The notes under the pieces: generated by a model
The model's input: only the letters and a program-made list of their open reading frames with translations
The model's database searches: none
What the model was told of the DNA's origin: nothing
Program-made: the position numbers and the translations under genes
Shown: positions 37,201-52,000 of the stretch, piece by piece
Layout of the letters: the number at the start of each line of letters is the position of its first letter
How positions within the stretch are numbered: position 1 is the stretch's first letter
Origin: Eledone cirrhosa
Taxonomy: Eukaryota
Direction of reading: 5' to 3'
Assembly (NCBI GenBank): GCA_964016885.1
Contig: OZ024743.1
Span: 295,926,001-295,990,000, forward strand
DNA length: 64,000 bases

Positions 37201-40200
37201 TTGTTATTGTTATTGTTTGTGTTGGTGTTGGTGTTATTGTTATTGTTATTGTTATGGTTATTGTTATTGTTGGTGTTGGTGTTGGTGTTATTGTTATTGT
37301 TATTGTTGGTGTTGGTGTTGGTGTTATTGTTATTATTATTGTTATTGTTATTGTTATTGTTGGTGTTGGTGTTGGTGTTATTGTTATTGTTATTGTTATT
37401 GTTATTGTTGGTGTTGGTGTTATTGTTATTGTTATTGTTATTGTTGTTGTTGGTGTTGGTGTTATTGTTATTGTTATTGTTATTGTTATTGTTATTGCTG
37501 GTGTTGGTGTTATTGTTATTGATATTGTTATTGTTGGTGTTGGTGTTGGTGTTGGTTTTATTGTTATTGTTATTGTTATTGTTGGTGTTGGTGTTGGTGT
37601 TATTGTTATTGTTATTGTTATTGTTGGTGTTGGTGTTGGTGTTGGTGTTATTGTTATTGTTATTGTTATTGTTGGTGTTGGTGTTATTGTTATTGTTATT
37701 GTTATTGTTGTTGTTGGTGTTGGTGTTGGTGTTGGTTTTATTGTTATTGTTATTGTTATTGTTGGCGTTGGTGTTGGTGTTGGTTTTATTGTTATTGTTA
37801 TTGTTATTGTTGGTGTTGGTGTTATTGTTATTGTTATTGTTATTGTTGGTGTTGGTGTTGGTGTTGGTGTTGGTGTTATTGTTATTGTTATTGTTATTGT
37901 TGGCGTTGGTGTTGGTGTTATTGTTATTGTTATTGTTATTGTTGGTGTTGGTGTTGGTGTTGGTTTTATTGTTATTGTTATTGTTATTGTTGGTGTTGGT
38001 GTTATTGTTATTGTTATTGTTATTGTTGGTGTTGGTGTTGGTGTTGGTGTTGGTGTTATTGTTATTGTTATTGTTATTGTTGGCGTTGGTGTTGGTGTTA
38101 TTGTTATTGTTATTGTTATTGTTGGTGTTGGTGTTGGTGTTGGTTTTATTGTTATTGTTATTGTTATTGTTGGTGTTGGTGTTATTGTTATTGTTATTGT
38201 TATTGTTGGTGTTGGTGTAGGTGTTGGTGTTGGTGTTATTGTTATTGTTATTGTTATTGTTGGCGTTGGTGTTGGTGTTATTGTTATTGTTATTGTTATT
38301 GTTGGTGTTGGTGTTGGTGTTATTGTTATTGTTATTGTTATTGTTGGTGTTGGTGTTGGTGTTATTGTTATTGTTGGTGTTGGTGTTGGTGTTGGTGTTG
38401 GTGTTATTGTTATTGTTATTGTTATTGTTGGTGTTGGTGTTGGTGTTATTGTTATTGTTATTGTTGGTGTTGGTGTTATTGTTATTGTTATTGTTATTGT
38501 TGGTGTTGGTGTTGGTGTTATTGTTATTGTTATTTTTATTGTTATTGTTATTGCTGGTGTTGGTGTTATTGTTATTGATATTGTTATTGTTGGTGTTGGT
38601 GTTGGTGTTGGTGTTATTGTTATTGTTATTGTTATTGTTATTGTTGGTGTTGGTGTTGGTGTTATTGTTATTGTTATTGTTATTGTTATTGTTGGTGTTG
38701 GTGTTGGTGTTGGTGTTGGTGTTATTGTTATTGTTATTGTTATTGTTGGTGTTGGTGTTGGTGTTATTGTTATTGTTATTGTTATTGTTGGTGTTGGTGT
38801 TGGTGTTATTGTTATTGTTATTGTTATTGTTATTGTTGGTGTTGGTGTTGGTGTTGGTGTTGGTGTTATTGTTATTGTTGGTGTTGGTGTTATTGTTATT
38901 GTTATTGTTATTGTTATTGTTGGTGTTGGTGTTGGTGTTGGTGTTGGTGTTATTGTTATTGTTATTGTTATTGTTATTGTTGGTGTTGGTGTTATTGTTA
39001 TTGTTATTGTTATTGTTGGTGTTGGTGTTATTGTTATTGTTATTGTTATTGTTATTGTTGGTGTTGGTGTTGGTGTTGGTGTTGGTGTTATTGTTATTGT
39101 TATTGTTATTGTTATTGTTATTTTTATTGTTGGTGTTGGTGTTGGTGTTGGTGTTATTGTTATTGTTGGTGTTGGTGTTATTGTTATTGTTATTGTTATT
39201 GTTGGTGTTGGTGTTGGTGTTATTGTTATTGTTATTGTTATTGTTATTGTTGGTGTTGGTGTTGGTGTTGGTGTTATTGTTATTGTTATTGTTATTGTTG
39301 GTGTTGGTGTTGGTGTTGGTGTTGGTGTTATTGTTATTGTTATTGTTATTGTTATTGTTGGTGTTGGTGTTGGTGTTATTGTTATTGTTATTGTTGGTGT
39401 TGGTGTTATTGTTATTGTTATTGTTATTGTTGGTGTTGGTGTTGGTGTTATTGTTATTGTTATTGTTATTGTTATTGTTATTGTTATTGCTGGTGTTGGT
39501 GTTATTGTTATTGATATTGTTATTGTTGGTGTTGGTGTTGGTGTTGGTGTTATTGTTGGTGTTGGTGTTGGTGTTGGTGTTATTGTTATTGTTATTGTTA
39601 TTGTTATTGTTGGTGTTGGTGTTGGTGTTATTGTTATTGTTATTGTTATTGTTATTGTTGGTGTTGGTGTTGGTGTTGGTGTTGGTGTTATTGTTATTGT
39701 TATTGTTGGTGTTGGTGTTGGTGTTATTGTTATTGTTATTGTTATTGTTGGAGTTGGTGTTCGTGTTATTGTTATTGTTATTGTTATTGTTATTGTTATT
39801 GTTGGTGTTGGTGTTGGTGTTGGTGTTATTGTTATTGTTGGTGTTGGTGTTATTGTTATTGTTATTGTTATTGTTGGTGTTGGTGTTATTGTTATTGTTA
39901 TTGTTATTGTTATTGTTGGTGTTGGTGTTGGTGTTGGTGTTATTGTTATTGTTATTGTTATTGTTATTGTTATTTTTATTGTTGGTGTTGGTGTTGGTGT
40001 TGGTGTTATTGTTATTGTTGGTGTTGGTGTTATTGTTATTGTTATTGTTATTGTTGGTGTTGGTGTTATTGTTATTGTTATTGTTATTGTTATTGTTGGT
40101 GTTGGTGTTGGTGTTGGTGTTGGTGTTATTGTTATTGTTATTGTTATTGTTATTGTTATTTTTATTGTTGGTGTTGGTGTTGGTGTTGGTGTTATTGTTA

Positions 40201-43004
40201 TTGTTGGTGTTGGTGTTATTGTTATTGTTATTGTTATTGTTGGTGTTGGTGTTATTGTTATTGTTATTGTTATTGTTATTGTTATTGTTGGTGTTGGTGT
40301 TGGTGTTGGTGTTATTGTTATTGTTATTGTTATTGTTGGTGTTGGTGTTGGTGTTATTGTTATTGTTATTGTTATTGTTATTATTATTGTTATTGTTGGT
40401 GTTGGTGTTGGTGTTGGTGTTGGTGTTATTGTTATTGTTATTGTTATTGTTGGTGTTGGTGTTGGGGTTATTGTTATTGTTATTGTTATTGTTATTGTTG
40501 GTGTTGGTGTTGGTGTTGGTGTTGGTGTTATTGTTATTGTTATTGTTATTGTTATTGTTATTGTTATTGTTGGTGTTGGTGTTATTGTTATTGTTATTTT
40601 TATTGTTGGTGTTGGTGTTGGTGTTGGTGTTGGTGTTGGTGTTATTGTTATTGTTATTGTTATTGTTATTGTTGGTGTTGGTGTTGGTGTTATTGTTATT
40701 GTTATTGTTATTGTTGGTGTTGGTGTTGGTGTTGGTGTTGGTGTTATTGTTATTGTTATTGTTGGTGTTGGTGTTGGTGTTATTGTTATTGTTATTGTTG
40801 GTGTTGGTGTTGGTGTTATTGTTATTGTTATTGTTATTGTTGGTGTTGGTGTTGGTGTTATTGTTATTGTTATTGTTATTGTTATTGTTGGTGTTGGTGT
40901 TGGTGTTGGTGTTGGTGTTATTGTTATTGTTATTGTTATTGTTGGTGTTGGTGTTATTGTTATTGTTATTGTTATTGTTGGTGTTGGTGTTGGTGTTGGT
41001 GTTATTGTTATTGTTATTGTTATTGTTGGTGTTGGTGTTGGTGTTATTGTTATTGTTATTGTTATTGTTGGTGTTGGTGTTATTGTTATTGTTATTGTTA
41101 TTGTTGGTGTTGGTGTTATTGTTATTGTTATTGTTATTGTTATTGTTGGTGTTGGTGTTGGTGTTATTGTTATTGTTATTGTTATTGTTGGTGTTGGTGT
41201 TATTGTTATTGTTATTGTTATTGTTGGTGTTGGTGTTATTGTTATTGTTATTGTTATTGTTATTGTTATTGTTATTGTTGGTGTTGGTGTTGGTGTTATT
41301 GTTATTGTTATTGTTATTGTTGGTGTTGGTGTTGGTGTTATTGTTATTGTTATTGTTATTGTTGGTGTTGGTGTTGGTGTTATTGTTATTGTTATTGTTA
41401 TTGTTGGTGTTGGTGTTGGTGTTATTGTTATTGTTATTTTTATTGTTATTGTTATTGTTATTGTTATTGTTGGTGTTGGTGTTGCTGTTGGTGTTGGTGT
41501 TGGTGTTATTGTTATTGTTGGTGTTGGTGTTGGTGTTATTGTTATTGTTATTTTTATTGTTATTGTTATTGTTATTGTTATTGTTGGTGTTGGTGTTGGT
41601 GTTATTGTTATTGTTATTTTTATTGTTATTGTTATTGTTATTGTTATTGTTGGTGTTATTGTTATTGTTATTTTTATTGTTATTGTTATTGTTATTGTTA
41701 TTGTTGGTGTTGGTGTTGGTGTTATTGTTATTGTTATTTTTATTGTTATTGTTATTGTTATTGTTATTGTTGGTGTTGGTGTTGGTGTTATTGTTATTGT
41801 TATTGTTATTGTTGGTGTTGGTGTTGGTATTATTGTTATTGTTATTGTTATTGTTATTGTTGGTGTTGGTGTTGGTGTTGGTGTTGGTGTTATTGTTATT
41901 GTTATTGTTATTGTTGCTGTTGGTGTTGGTGTTGGTGTTGGTGTTATTGTTATTGTTATTGTTATTGTTGGTGTTGGTGTTGGTGTTGGTGTTATTGTTA
42001 TTGTTATTGTTATTGTTTTTGTTATTGTTGGTGTTGGTGTTGTTGTTGGTGTTATTGTTATTGTTATTGTTATTGTTGGTGTTGGTGTTGGTGTTATTGT
42101 TATTGTTATTGTTGGTGTTGGTGTTGGTGTTGGTGTTATTGTTATTGTTATTGTTGGTGTTGGTGTTGGTGTTATTGTTATTGTTATTGTTGGTGTTGGT
42201 GTTGGTGTTATTGTTATTGTTATTTTTATTGTTATTGTTGGTGTTGGTGTTGGTGTTATTGTTATTGTTATTGTTATTGTTGGTGTTGGTGTTGGTGTTG
42301 GTGTTATTGTTATTGTTATTGTTGGTGTTGGTGTTGGTGTTATTGTTATTGTTATTGTTGGTGTTGGTGTTGGTGTTATTGTTATTGTTATTGTTGGTGT
42401 TGGTGTTGGTGTTATTGTTATTGTTATTGTTATTGTTATTGTTGGTGTTGGTGTTGGTGTTATTGTTATTGTTATTGTTATAGTTGGTGTTGGTGTTGGT
42501 GTTATTGTTATTGTTATTGTTATTGTTGGTGTTGGTGTTGGTGTTATTGTGATTGTTATTGTTATTGTTGGTGTTGGTGTTGGTGTTATTGTTATTGTTA
42601 TTGTTATTGTTGGTGTTGGTGTTGGTGTTATTGTTATTGTTATTGTTGGTGTTGGTGTTGGTGTTATTGTTATTGTTATTGTTGGTGTTGGTGTTGGTGT
42701 TATTGTTATTGTTATTGTTATTGTTGGTGTTGGTGTTGGTGTTATTGTTATTGTTATTGTTATTGTTATTGTTGGTGTTGGTGTTGGTGTTGGTGTTATT
42801 GTTATTGTTATTGTTATTGTTGGTGTTATTGTTATTGTTATTGTTATTGTTGGTGTTGGTGTTGGTGTTATTGTTATTGTTATTGTTATTGTTGGTGTTG
42901 CTGTTGGTGTTGGTGTTATTGTTATTGTTGGTGTTGGTGTTGGTGTTATTGTTATTGTTATTGTTATTGTTGGTGTTGGTGTTGGTGTTGGTGTTATTGT
43001 TATT
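25292..43004 (-). CDS. Possible Thr/Ile/Pro mucin-like reading frame (unproven)
   Basis: Frame reads (TI)n(TP)m without frameshift up to ~43 kb and ends [22 protein letters not shown]...*; absence of stops is expected from composition alone. Confidence 0.2.
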
Positions 43005-46000
43005 TATTGTTGGTGTTGGTGTTGGTGTTATTGTTATTGTTATTGTTGGTGTTGGTGTTGGTGTTATTGTTATTGTTATTGTTGGTGTTGGTGTTATTGT
43101 TATTGTTATTGTTGGTGTTGGTGTTGGTGTTATTGTTATTGTTATTGTTATTGTTATTGTTATTGCTGGTGTTGGTGTTATTGTTATTGATATTGTTATT
43201 GTTGGTGTTGGTGTGGTGTTGGTGTTATTGTTGGTGTTGGTGTTGGTGTTGGTGTTATTGTTATTGTTATTGTTATTGTTATTGTTGGTGTTGGTGTTAT
43301 TGTTATTGTTATTGTTATTGTTATTGTTGGTGTTGGTGTTGGTGTTGGTGTTGGTGTTATTGTTATTGTTATTGTTATTGTTGGTGTTGGTGTTGGTGTT
43401 ATTGTTATTGTTATTGTTATTGTTGGTGTTGGTGTTCGTGTTATGTTATTGTTATTGTTATTGTTATTGTTGGTGTTGGTGTTGGTGTTGGTGTTATTGT
43501 TATTGTTGGTGTTGGTGTTATTGTTATTGTTATTGTTGGTGTTGGTGTTATTGTTATTGTTATTGTTATTGTTATTGTTGGTGTTGGTGTTGGTGTTGGT
43601 GTTATTGTTATTGTTATTGTTATTGTTATTGTTATTTTTATTGTTGGTGTTGGTGTTGGTGTTGGTGTTATTGTTATTGTTGGTGTTGGTGTTATTGTTA
43701 TTGTTATTGTTATTGTTGGTGTTGGTGTTATTGTTATTGTTATTGTTATTGTTGGTGTTGGTGTTGGTGTTGGTGTTGGTGTTATTGTTATTGTTATTGT
43801 TGGTGTTGGTGTTGGTGTTATTGTTATTGTTATTGTTATTGTTATTATTATTGTTATTGTTGGTGTTGGTGTTGGTGTTGGTGTTGGTGTTATTGTTATT
43901 GTTATTGTTGGTGTTGGTGTTGGGTTATTGTTATTGTTATTGTTTATTGTGGTGTTGGTGTTGGTGTTGGTGTTGGTGTTATTGTTATTGTTATTGTTAT
44001 TGTTGGTGTTGGTGTTGGTGTTATTGTTATTGTTATTGTTATTGTTATTGTTATTGTTATGTTGGTGTTGGTTATTGTTATTGTTATTGTTATTGTTGGT
44101 GTTGGTGTTGGTGTTGGTGTTGTTATTGTTATTGTTATTGTTATTGTATTGTTGGGTGTTGGTGTTATTGTTATTGTTATTGTTATGTGGTGTTGGTGTT
44201 GGTGTTGGTGTTGGTGTTATTGTTATTGTTATTGTTATTGTTATTGTTGGTGTTGGTGTTGGTGTTATTGTTATTGTTATTGTTATTGTTGGTGTTGGTG
44301 TTGGTGTTGGTGTTATTGTTATTGTTATTGTTATTGTTGGTTTTGGTGTTGGTGTTATTGTTATTGTTATTGTTATTGTTGGTGTTGGTGTTATTGTTAT
44401 TGTTATTGTTATGTTGTGTTGGTGTTATTGTTATTGTTATTGTTATTGTTATTGTTGGTGTTGGTGTTGGTGTTATTGTTATTGTTATTGTTATTGTTGG
44501 TGTTGGTGTTGGTGTTATTGTTATTGTTATTGTTATTGTTAGTGTTGGTGTTATTGTTATTGTTATTGTTATTGTTATTGTTATTGTTGGTGTTGGTGTT
44601 GGTGTTATTGTTATTGTTATTGTTATTGTTGGTGTTGGTGTTGGTGTTATTGTTATTGTTATTGTTATTGTTGGTGTTGGTGTTGGTGTTATTGTTATTG
44701 TTATTGTTATTGTTGGTGTTCGCGTGTTGGTGTTATTGTTATTGTTATTGTTATTGTTATTGTTATTGTTATTGTTATTGTTGGTGTTGGTGTTGTGATG
44801 GTGTTGTGTTGGTGTTATTGTTATTGTTGGTGTTGGTGTTGGTGTTATTGTTATTGTTATTTTTATTGTTATTGTTATTGTTATTGTTATTGTTGGTGTT
44901 GGTGTTGGTGTTATTGTTATTGTTATTTTTATTGTTATTGTTATTGTTATTGTTATTGTTGGTGTTATTGTTATTGTTGGTGTTATTGTTATTGTTATTG
45001 TTATGTTATTGTTATTGTTGGTGTTGGTGTTGTGTTGGGTTATTGTTATTGTTATTGTTATTGTTGGTGTTGGTGTTGGTGTTATTGTTATTGTTATTTT
45101 TATTGTTATGTTATTGTTATTGTTATTGTTGTTGTTGGTGTTGGTGTTATTGTTATTGTTATTGTTATTGTTGGTGTTGGTGTTGGTATTATTGTTATTG
45201 TTTATTGTTATTGTTATTGTTGGTGTTGGTGTTGGTGTTGGTGTTTATTGTTATTGTTATTGTTATTGTTGGTGTTGGTGTTGGTGTTGTTGTTATTGTT
45301 ATTGTTATTGTTATTGTTATTGTTATTGTTGGTGTTGGTGTTATTGTTTTGTGTTATTGTTATTGTTATTGTTATTGTTGGTGTTGGTGTTGGTGTTATT
45401 GTTATTGTTATTGTTGGTGTTGGTGTTGGTGTTGGTTGTTATTGTTATTGTTATTGTTGGTGTTGGTGTTGGTGTTTGTTATTGTTATTGTTATTGTTAT
45501 TGTTGGTGTTGGTGTTGGTGTTATTGTTATTGTTATTGTTGGTGTTGGTGTTGGTGTTATTGTTATTGTTATTGTTATTGTTGGTGTTGGTGTTGGTGTT
45601 ATTGTTATTGTTATTGTTATTGTTGGTGTTGGTGTTATTGTTATTGTTATTGTTATTGTTGGTGTTGGTGTTGGGTGTTATTGTTATTGTTATTGTTATG
45701 GTGTTGGTGTTGGTGTTATTGTTATTGTTATTGTTATTGTTATTGTTGGTGTTGGTGTTGGTGTTATTGTTATTGTTATTGTTATTGTTGGTGTTGGTGT
45801 TGGTGTTATTGTTATTGTTATTGTTATTGTTGGTGTTGGTGTTGGTGTTAGGTGTTATTGTTATTGTTATTGTTATTGTGGTGTTGGTGTTATTGTATTG
45901 TTGTGTTGGTGTTATTGTTATTGTTATTGTTATTGTTGGTGTTGGTGTTGGTGTTATTGTTATTGTTATTGTTATTGTTGGTGTTGGTGTTGGTGTTATT

Positions 46001-49000
46001 GTTATTGTTATTGTTATTGTTGGTGTTGGTGTTGGTGTTTGTGTTATTGTTATTGTTATTGTTGGTGTTGGTGTTGGTGTTATTGTTATTGTTATTGTTG
46101 GTGTTGGTGTTGGTGTTATTGTTATTGTTATTGTTATTGTTGGTGTTGGTGTTGTGTTATTGTTATTGTTATTGTTATTGTTGGTGTTGGTGTTATTGTT
46201 ATTGTTATTGTTATTGTTGGTGTTGGTGTTGGTGTTGGTGTTATTGTTATTGTTATTGTTATTGTTGGTGTTATGGTGTTATTGTTATTGTTATTGTTGG
46301 TGTTGGTGTTGGTGTTATTGTTATTGTTATTGTTATTGTTGGTGTTGTGTTGGTGTTGGTGTTATTGTTATTGTTATTGTTATTGTTGGTGTTGGTGTTG
46401 GTGTTATTGTTATTGTTATTGTTATTGTTGGTGTTGGTGTTAGGTGTTATTGTTATTGTTATTGTTATTGTTGGTGTTGGTGTTTGTGTTATTGTTATTG
46501 TTATTGTTGGTGTTGGTGTTTGTGTTATTGTTATTGTTATTGTTGGTGTTGGTGTTGGTGTTATTGTTATTGTTATTGTTATTGTTGTGTTGGTGTTGGT
46601 GTTGGTGTTATTGTTATTGTTATTGTTATTGTTGGTGTTGGTGTTGTGTTATTGTTATTGTTATTGTTGGTGTTGGTGTTGGTGTTATTGTTATTGTTTT
46701 GGTGTTGGGTTGGTGTTGGTGTTATTGTTATTGTTTGTGTTGGTGTTATTGTTATTGTTATTGTTATTGTTATTGTGGTGTTGGTGTTGGTGTTGGTGTT
46801 ATTGTTATTGTTATTGTTATTGTGGTGTTGTGTTGTGTTATTGTTATTGTTATTGTTGGTGTTTGTTGTTGGTGTTATTGTTATTGTTATTGTTATTGTT
46901 GGTGTTGTGTTGGTGTTATTGTTATTGTTATTGTTATTGTTAGGTGTTGGTGTTGGTGTTTATTGTTATTGTATTGTTATTGTTGGTGTTGGTGTTGGTG
47001 TTGGTGTTACTTTTTATTGTTATTGTTATTGTTGGTGTTAATTGTTAGTTGTTNNNNNNNNNNNNNNNNNNNNNNNNNNNNNNNNNNNNNNNNNNNNNNN
47101 NNNNNNNNNNNNNNNNNNNNNNNNNNNNNNNNNNNNNNNNNNNNNNNNNNNNNNNNNNNNNNNNNNNNNNNNNNNNNNNNNNNNNNNNNNNNNNNNNNNN
47201 NNNNNNNNNNNNNNNNNNNNNNNNNNNNNNNNNNNNNNNNNNNNNNNNNNNNNTGTTGGTGTTATTGTTATTGTTATTGTTATTGTTATTGTTGGTGTTG
47301 GTGTTGGTGTTATTGTTATTGTTATTGTTATTGTTGGTGTTGGTGTTGGTGTTGGTGTTGGTGTTATTGTTATTGTTATTGTTATTGTTGGTGTTGGTGT
47401 TGGTGTTATTGTTATTGTTATTGTTATTGTTGGTGTTGGTGTTGGTGTTATTGTTATTGTTATTGTTATTGTTGGTGTTGGTGTTATTGTTATTGTTATT
47501 GTTGGTGTTGGTGTTGGTGTTATTGTTATTGTTATTGTTATTGTTGGTGTTGGTGTTGGTGTTATTGTTATTGTTATTGTTATTGTTGGTGTTGGTGTTG
47601 GTGTTATTGTTATTGTTATTGTTATTGTTATTGTTGGTGTTGGTGTTGGTGTTATTGTTATTGTTATTGTTGGTGTTGGTGTTGGTGTTGGTGTTATTGT
47701 TATTGTTATTGTTATTGTTGGTGTTGGTGTTATTGTTATTGTTATTGTTATTGTTATTACTATTGTTGGTGTTGGTGTTGGTGTTATTGTTATTGTTATT
47801 GTTATTGTTGGTGTTGGTGTTGGTGTTATTGTTATTGTTATTGTTATTGTTGGTGTTGGTGTTATTGTTATTGTTATTGTTATTGTTGGTGTTGGTGTTG
47901 GTGTTGGTGTTATTGTTATTGTTATTGTTATTGTTGGTGTTTGTGTTGGTGTTGGTGTTATTGTTATTGTTATTGTTATTGTCATTGTTGGTGTTGGTGT
48001 TGGTGTTATTGTTATTGTTATTGTTATTGTTGGTGTTGGTGTTGGTGTTATTGTTATTGTTATTGTTATTGTTGGTGTTGGTGTTGGTGTTATTGTTATT
48101 GTTATTGTTATTGTTATTGTTGGTGTTGGTGTTGGTGTTATTGTTATTGTTATTGTTATTGTTGGTGTTGGTGTTGGTGTTGGTGTTATTGTTATTGTTA
48201 TTGTTATTGTTGGTGTTGTTGTTGGTGTTATTGTTATTGTTGGTGTTGGTGTTGGTGTTGGTGTTATTGTTATTGTTATTGTTATTGTTGGTGTTGGTGT
48301 TGGTGTTATTGTTATTGTTATTGTTATTGTTATTGTTATTGTTATTGTTGGTGTTGGTGTTGGTGTTATTGTTATTGTTATTGTTATTGTTGGTGTTGGT
48401 GTTGGTGTTATTGTTATTGTTATTGTTATTGTTGGTGTTGGTGTTGGTGTTATTGTTATTGTTATTGTTATTGTTGGTGTTGGTGTTGGTGTTGGTGATG
48501 GTGTTATTGTTATTGTTATTGTTATTGTTGGTGTTGGTGTTGGTGTTATTGTTATTGTTATTGTTATTGTTATTGTTGGTGTTGGTGTTGGTGTTATTGT
48601 TATTGTTATTGTTATTGTTGGTGTTGGTGTTGGTGTTATTGTTATTGTTGGTGTTGGTGTTGGTGTTATTGTTATTGTTATTGTTGGTGTTGGTGTTGGT
48701 GTTGGTGTTATTGTTATTGTTATTGTTATTGTTGGTGTTGGTGTTGGTGTTGGTGTTATTGTTATTGTTATTGTTATTGTTATTGTTGGTGTTGGTGTTG
48801 GTGTTATTGTTATTGTTATTGTTATTGTTGGTGTTGGTGTTGGTGTTGGTATTGGTGTTGGTGTTATTGTTATTGTTATTGTTATTGTTGGTGTTGGTGT
48901 TGGTGTTATTGTTATTGTTATTGTTATTGTTATTGTTGGTGTTGGTGTTGGTGTTGGTGTTATTGTTATTGTTATTGTTATTGTTGGTGTTGGTGTTGGT

Positions 49001-52000
49001 GTTATTGTTATTGTTATTGTTATTGTTGGTGTTGGTGTTGGTGTTATTGTTATTGTTATTGTTATTGTTGGTGTTGGTGTTGGTGTTATTGTTATTGTTA
49101 TTGTTATTGTTGGTGTTGGTGTTGGTGTTATTGTTATTGTTATTGTTATTGTTGGTGTTGGTGTTGGTGTTGGTGTTATTGTTATTGTTATTGTTATTGT
49201 TGGTGTTGGTGTTGGTGTTATTGTTATTGTTATTGTTGGTGTTGGTGTTGGTGTTATTGTTATTGTTATTGTTATTGTTGGTGTTGGTGTTGGTGTTATT
49301 GTTATTGTTATTGTTATTGTTGGTGTTGGTGTTGGTGTTATTGTTATTGTTATTGTTATTGTTGGTGTTGGTGTTGGTGTTGGTGTTATTGTTATTGTTA
49401 TTGTTATTGTTGGTGTTGGTGTTATTGTTATTGTTATTGTTATTGTTATTGTTATTACTATTGTTGGTGTTGGTGTTGGTGTTATTGTTATTGTTATTGT
49501 TATTGTTGGTGTTGGTGTTATTGTTATTGTTATTGTTATTGTTGGTGTTGGTGTTATTGTTATTGTTATTGTTGGTGTTGGTGTTGGTGTTGGTGTTATT
49601 GTTATTGTTATTGTTATTGTTGGTGTTGGTGTTGGTGTTGGTGTTATTGTTATTGTTATTGTTATTGTTGGTGTTGGTGTTGGTGTTGGTGTTATTGTTA
49701 TTGTTATTGTTATTGTTATTGTTGGTGTTGGTGTTGGTGTTGGTGTTATTGTTATTGTTATTGTTATTGTTATTGTTGGTGTTGGTGTTGGTGTTATTGT
49801 TATTGTTATTGTTATTGTTGGTGTTGGTCTTGGTGATATTGTTATTGTTATTGTTATTGTTATTGTTTGTGTTGGTGTTGGTGTTATTGTTATTGTTATT
49901 GTTATTGTTATTGTTATTGTTGGTGTTGGTGTTGGTGTTATTGTTATTGTTATTGTTATTGTTGGTGTTGGTGTTGGTGTTGGTGTTATTGTTATTGTTA
50001 TTGTTATTGTTGGTGTTGTTGTTGGTGTTATTGTTATTGTTATTGTTGGTGTTGGTGTTGGTGTTATTGTTATTGTTATTGTTATTGTTATTGTTGGTGT
50101 TGGTGTTGGTGTTATTGTTATTGTTGGTGTTGGTGTTGGTGTTGGTGTTATTGTTATTGTTATTGTTATTGTTGGTGTTGGTGTTGGTGTTATTGTTATT
50201 GTTATTGTTATTGTTATTGTTATTGTTGGTGTTGGTGTTGGTGTTATTGTTATTGTTATTGTTATTGTTGGTGTTGGTGTTGGTGTTATTGTTATTGTTA
50301 TTGTTATTGTTGGTGTTGGTGTTGGTGTTATTGTTATTGTTATTGTTATTGTTGGTGTTGGTGTTGGTGTTGGTGTTGGTGTTATTGTTATTGTTATTGT
50401 TATTGTTGGTGTTGGTGTTGGTGTTATTGTTATTGTTATTGTTATTGTTGGTGTTGGTGTTGGTGTTATTGTTATTGTTATTGTTATTGTTATTGTTGGT
50501 GTTGGTGTTGGTGTTATTGCTATTGTTATTGTTATTGTTGGTGTTGGTGTTGGTGTTGGTGTTATTGTTATTGTTATTGTTATTGTTGGTGTTGGTGTTG
50601 GTGTTGGTGTTATTGTTATTGTTATTGTTATTGTTGGTGTTATTGTTATTGTTATTGTTATTGTTATTGTTGGTGTTGGTGTTGGTGTTATTGTTATTGT
50701 TATTGTTATTGTTGGTGTTATTGTTATTGTTATTGTTATTGTTATTGTTGGTGTTGGTGTTGGTGTTATTGTTATTGTTATTGTTATTGTTGGTGTTGGT
50801 GTTGGTGTTGGTGTTATTGTTATTGTTATTGTTATTGTTGGTGTTATTGTTATTGTATTGTTATTGTTATTGTTGGTGTGGTGTTGGTGTTGGTGTTGGT
50901 GTTGGTGTTATTGTTATTGTTATTGTTGGTGTTATTGTTATTGTTATTGTTATTGTTATTGTTATTGTTATTGTTGGTGTTGGTGTTGGTGTTGGTGTTA
51001 TTGTTATTGTTATTGTTGGTGTTATTGTTATTGTTATTGTTATTGTTGGTGTTGGTGTTGGTGTTGGTGTTATTGTTATTGTTATTGTTATTGTTGGTGT
51101 TATTCTTATTGTTATTGTTATTGTTATTGTTGGTGTTGGTGTTGGTGTTATTGTTATTGTTATTGTTATTGTTGGTGTTGGTGTTGGTGTTGGTGTTATT
51201 GTTATTGTTATTGTTATTGTTGGTGTTATTGTTATTGTTATTGTTGGTGTTGGTGTTGGTGTTGGTGTTGGTGTTATTGTTATTGTTATTGTTGGTGTTA
51301 TTGTTATTGTTATTGTTATTGTTATTGTTATTGTTATTGTTATTGTTGGTGTTATTGTTATTGTTATTGTTATTGTTGGTGTTATTGTTATTGTTATTGT
51401 TATTGTTATTGTTATTGTTGGTGTTGGTGTTGGTGTTGGTGTTATTGTTATTGTTATTGTTATTGTTGGTGTTATTGTTATTGTTATTGTTATTGTTGGT
51501 GTTGGTGTTGGTGTTATTGTTATTGTTATTGTTATTGTTGGTGTTGGTGTTGGTGTTGGTGTTATTGTTATTGTTATTGTTATTGTTGGTGTTATTGTTA
51601 TTGTTATTGTTATTGTTATTGTTGGTGTTGGTGTTGGTGTTATTGTTATTGTTATTGTTATTGTTGGTGTTGGTGTTGGTGTTGGTGTTATTGTTATTGT
51701 TATTGTTGGTGTTGGTGTTGGTGTTATTGTTATTGTTATTGTTGGTGTTGGTGTTGGTGTTATTTTTATTGTTATTGTTATTGTTATTGTTGTTGTTGGT
51801 GTTGGTGTTATTGTTATTGTTATTGTTGGTGTTGGTGTTATTGTTGGTGTTATTGTTATTGTTATTGTTGGTGTTGTTGTTGGTGTTATTGTTATTGTTA
51901 TTGTTATTGTTGTTGTTGGTGTTGGTGTTGGTGTTATTGTTATTGTTGGTGTTGGTGTTATTGTTATTGTTATTGTTTGTTGGTGTTGGTGTTGGTGTTA

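Noticed and set aside
25314-43190. 5958-aa Val/Ile/Gly ORF and the Leu/Val and Cys/Tyr/Trp ORFs on the + strand
   Set aside because: Automatic translations of a stop-free hexamer array; composition implausible and no domains
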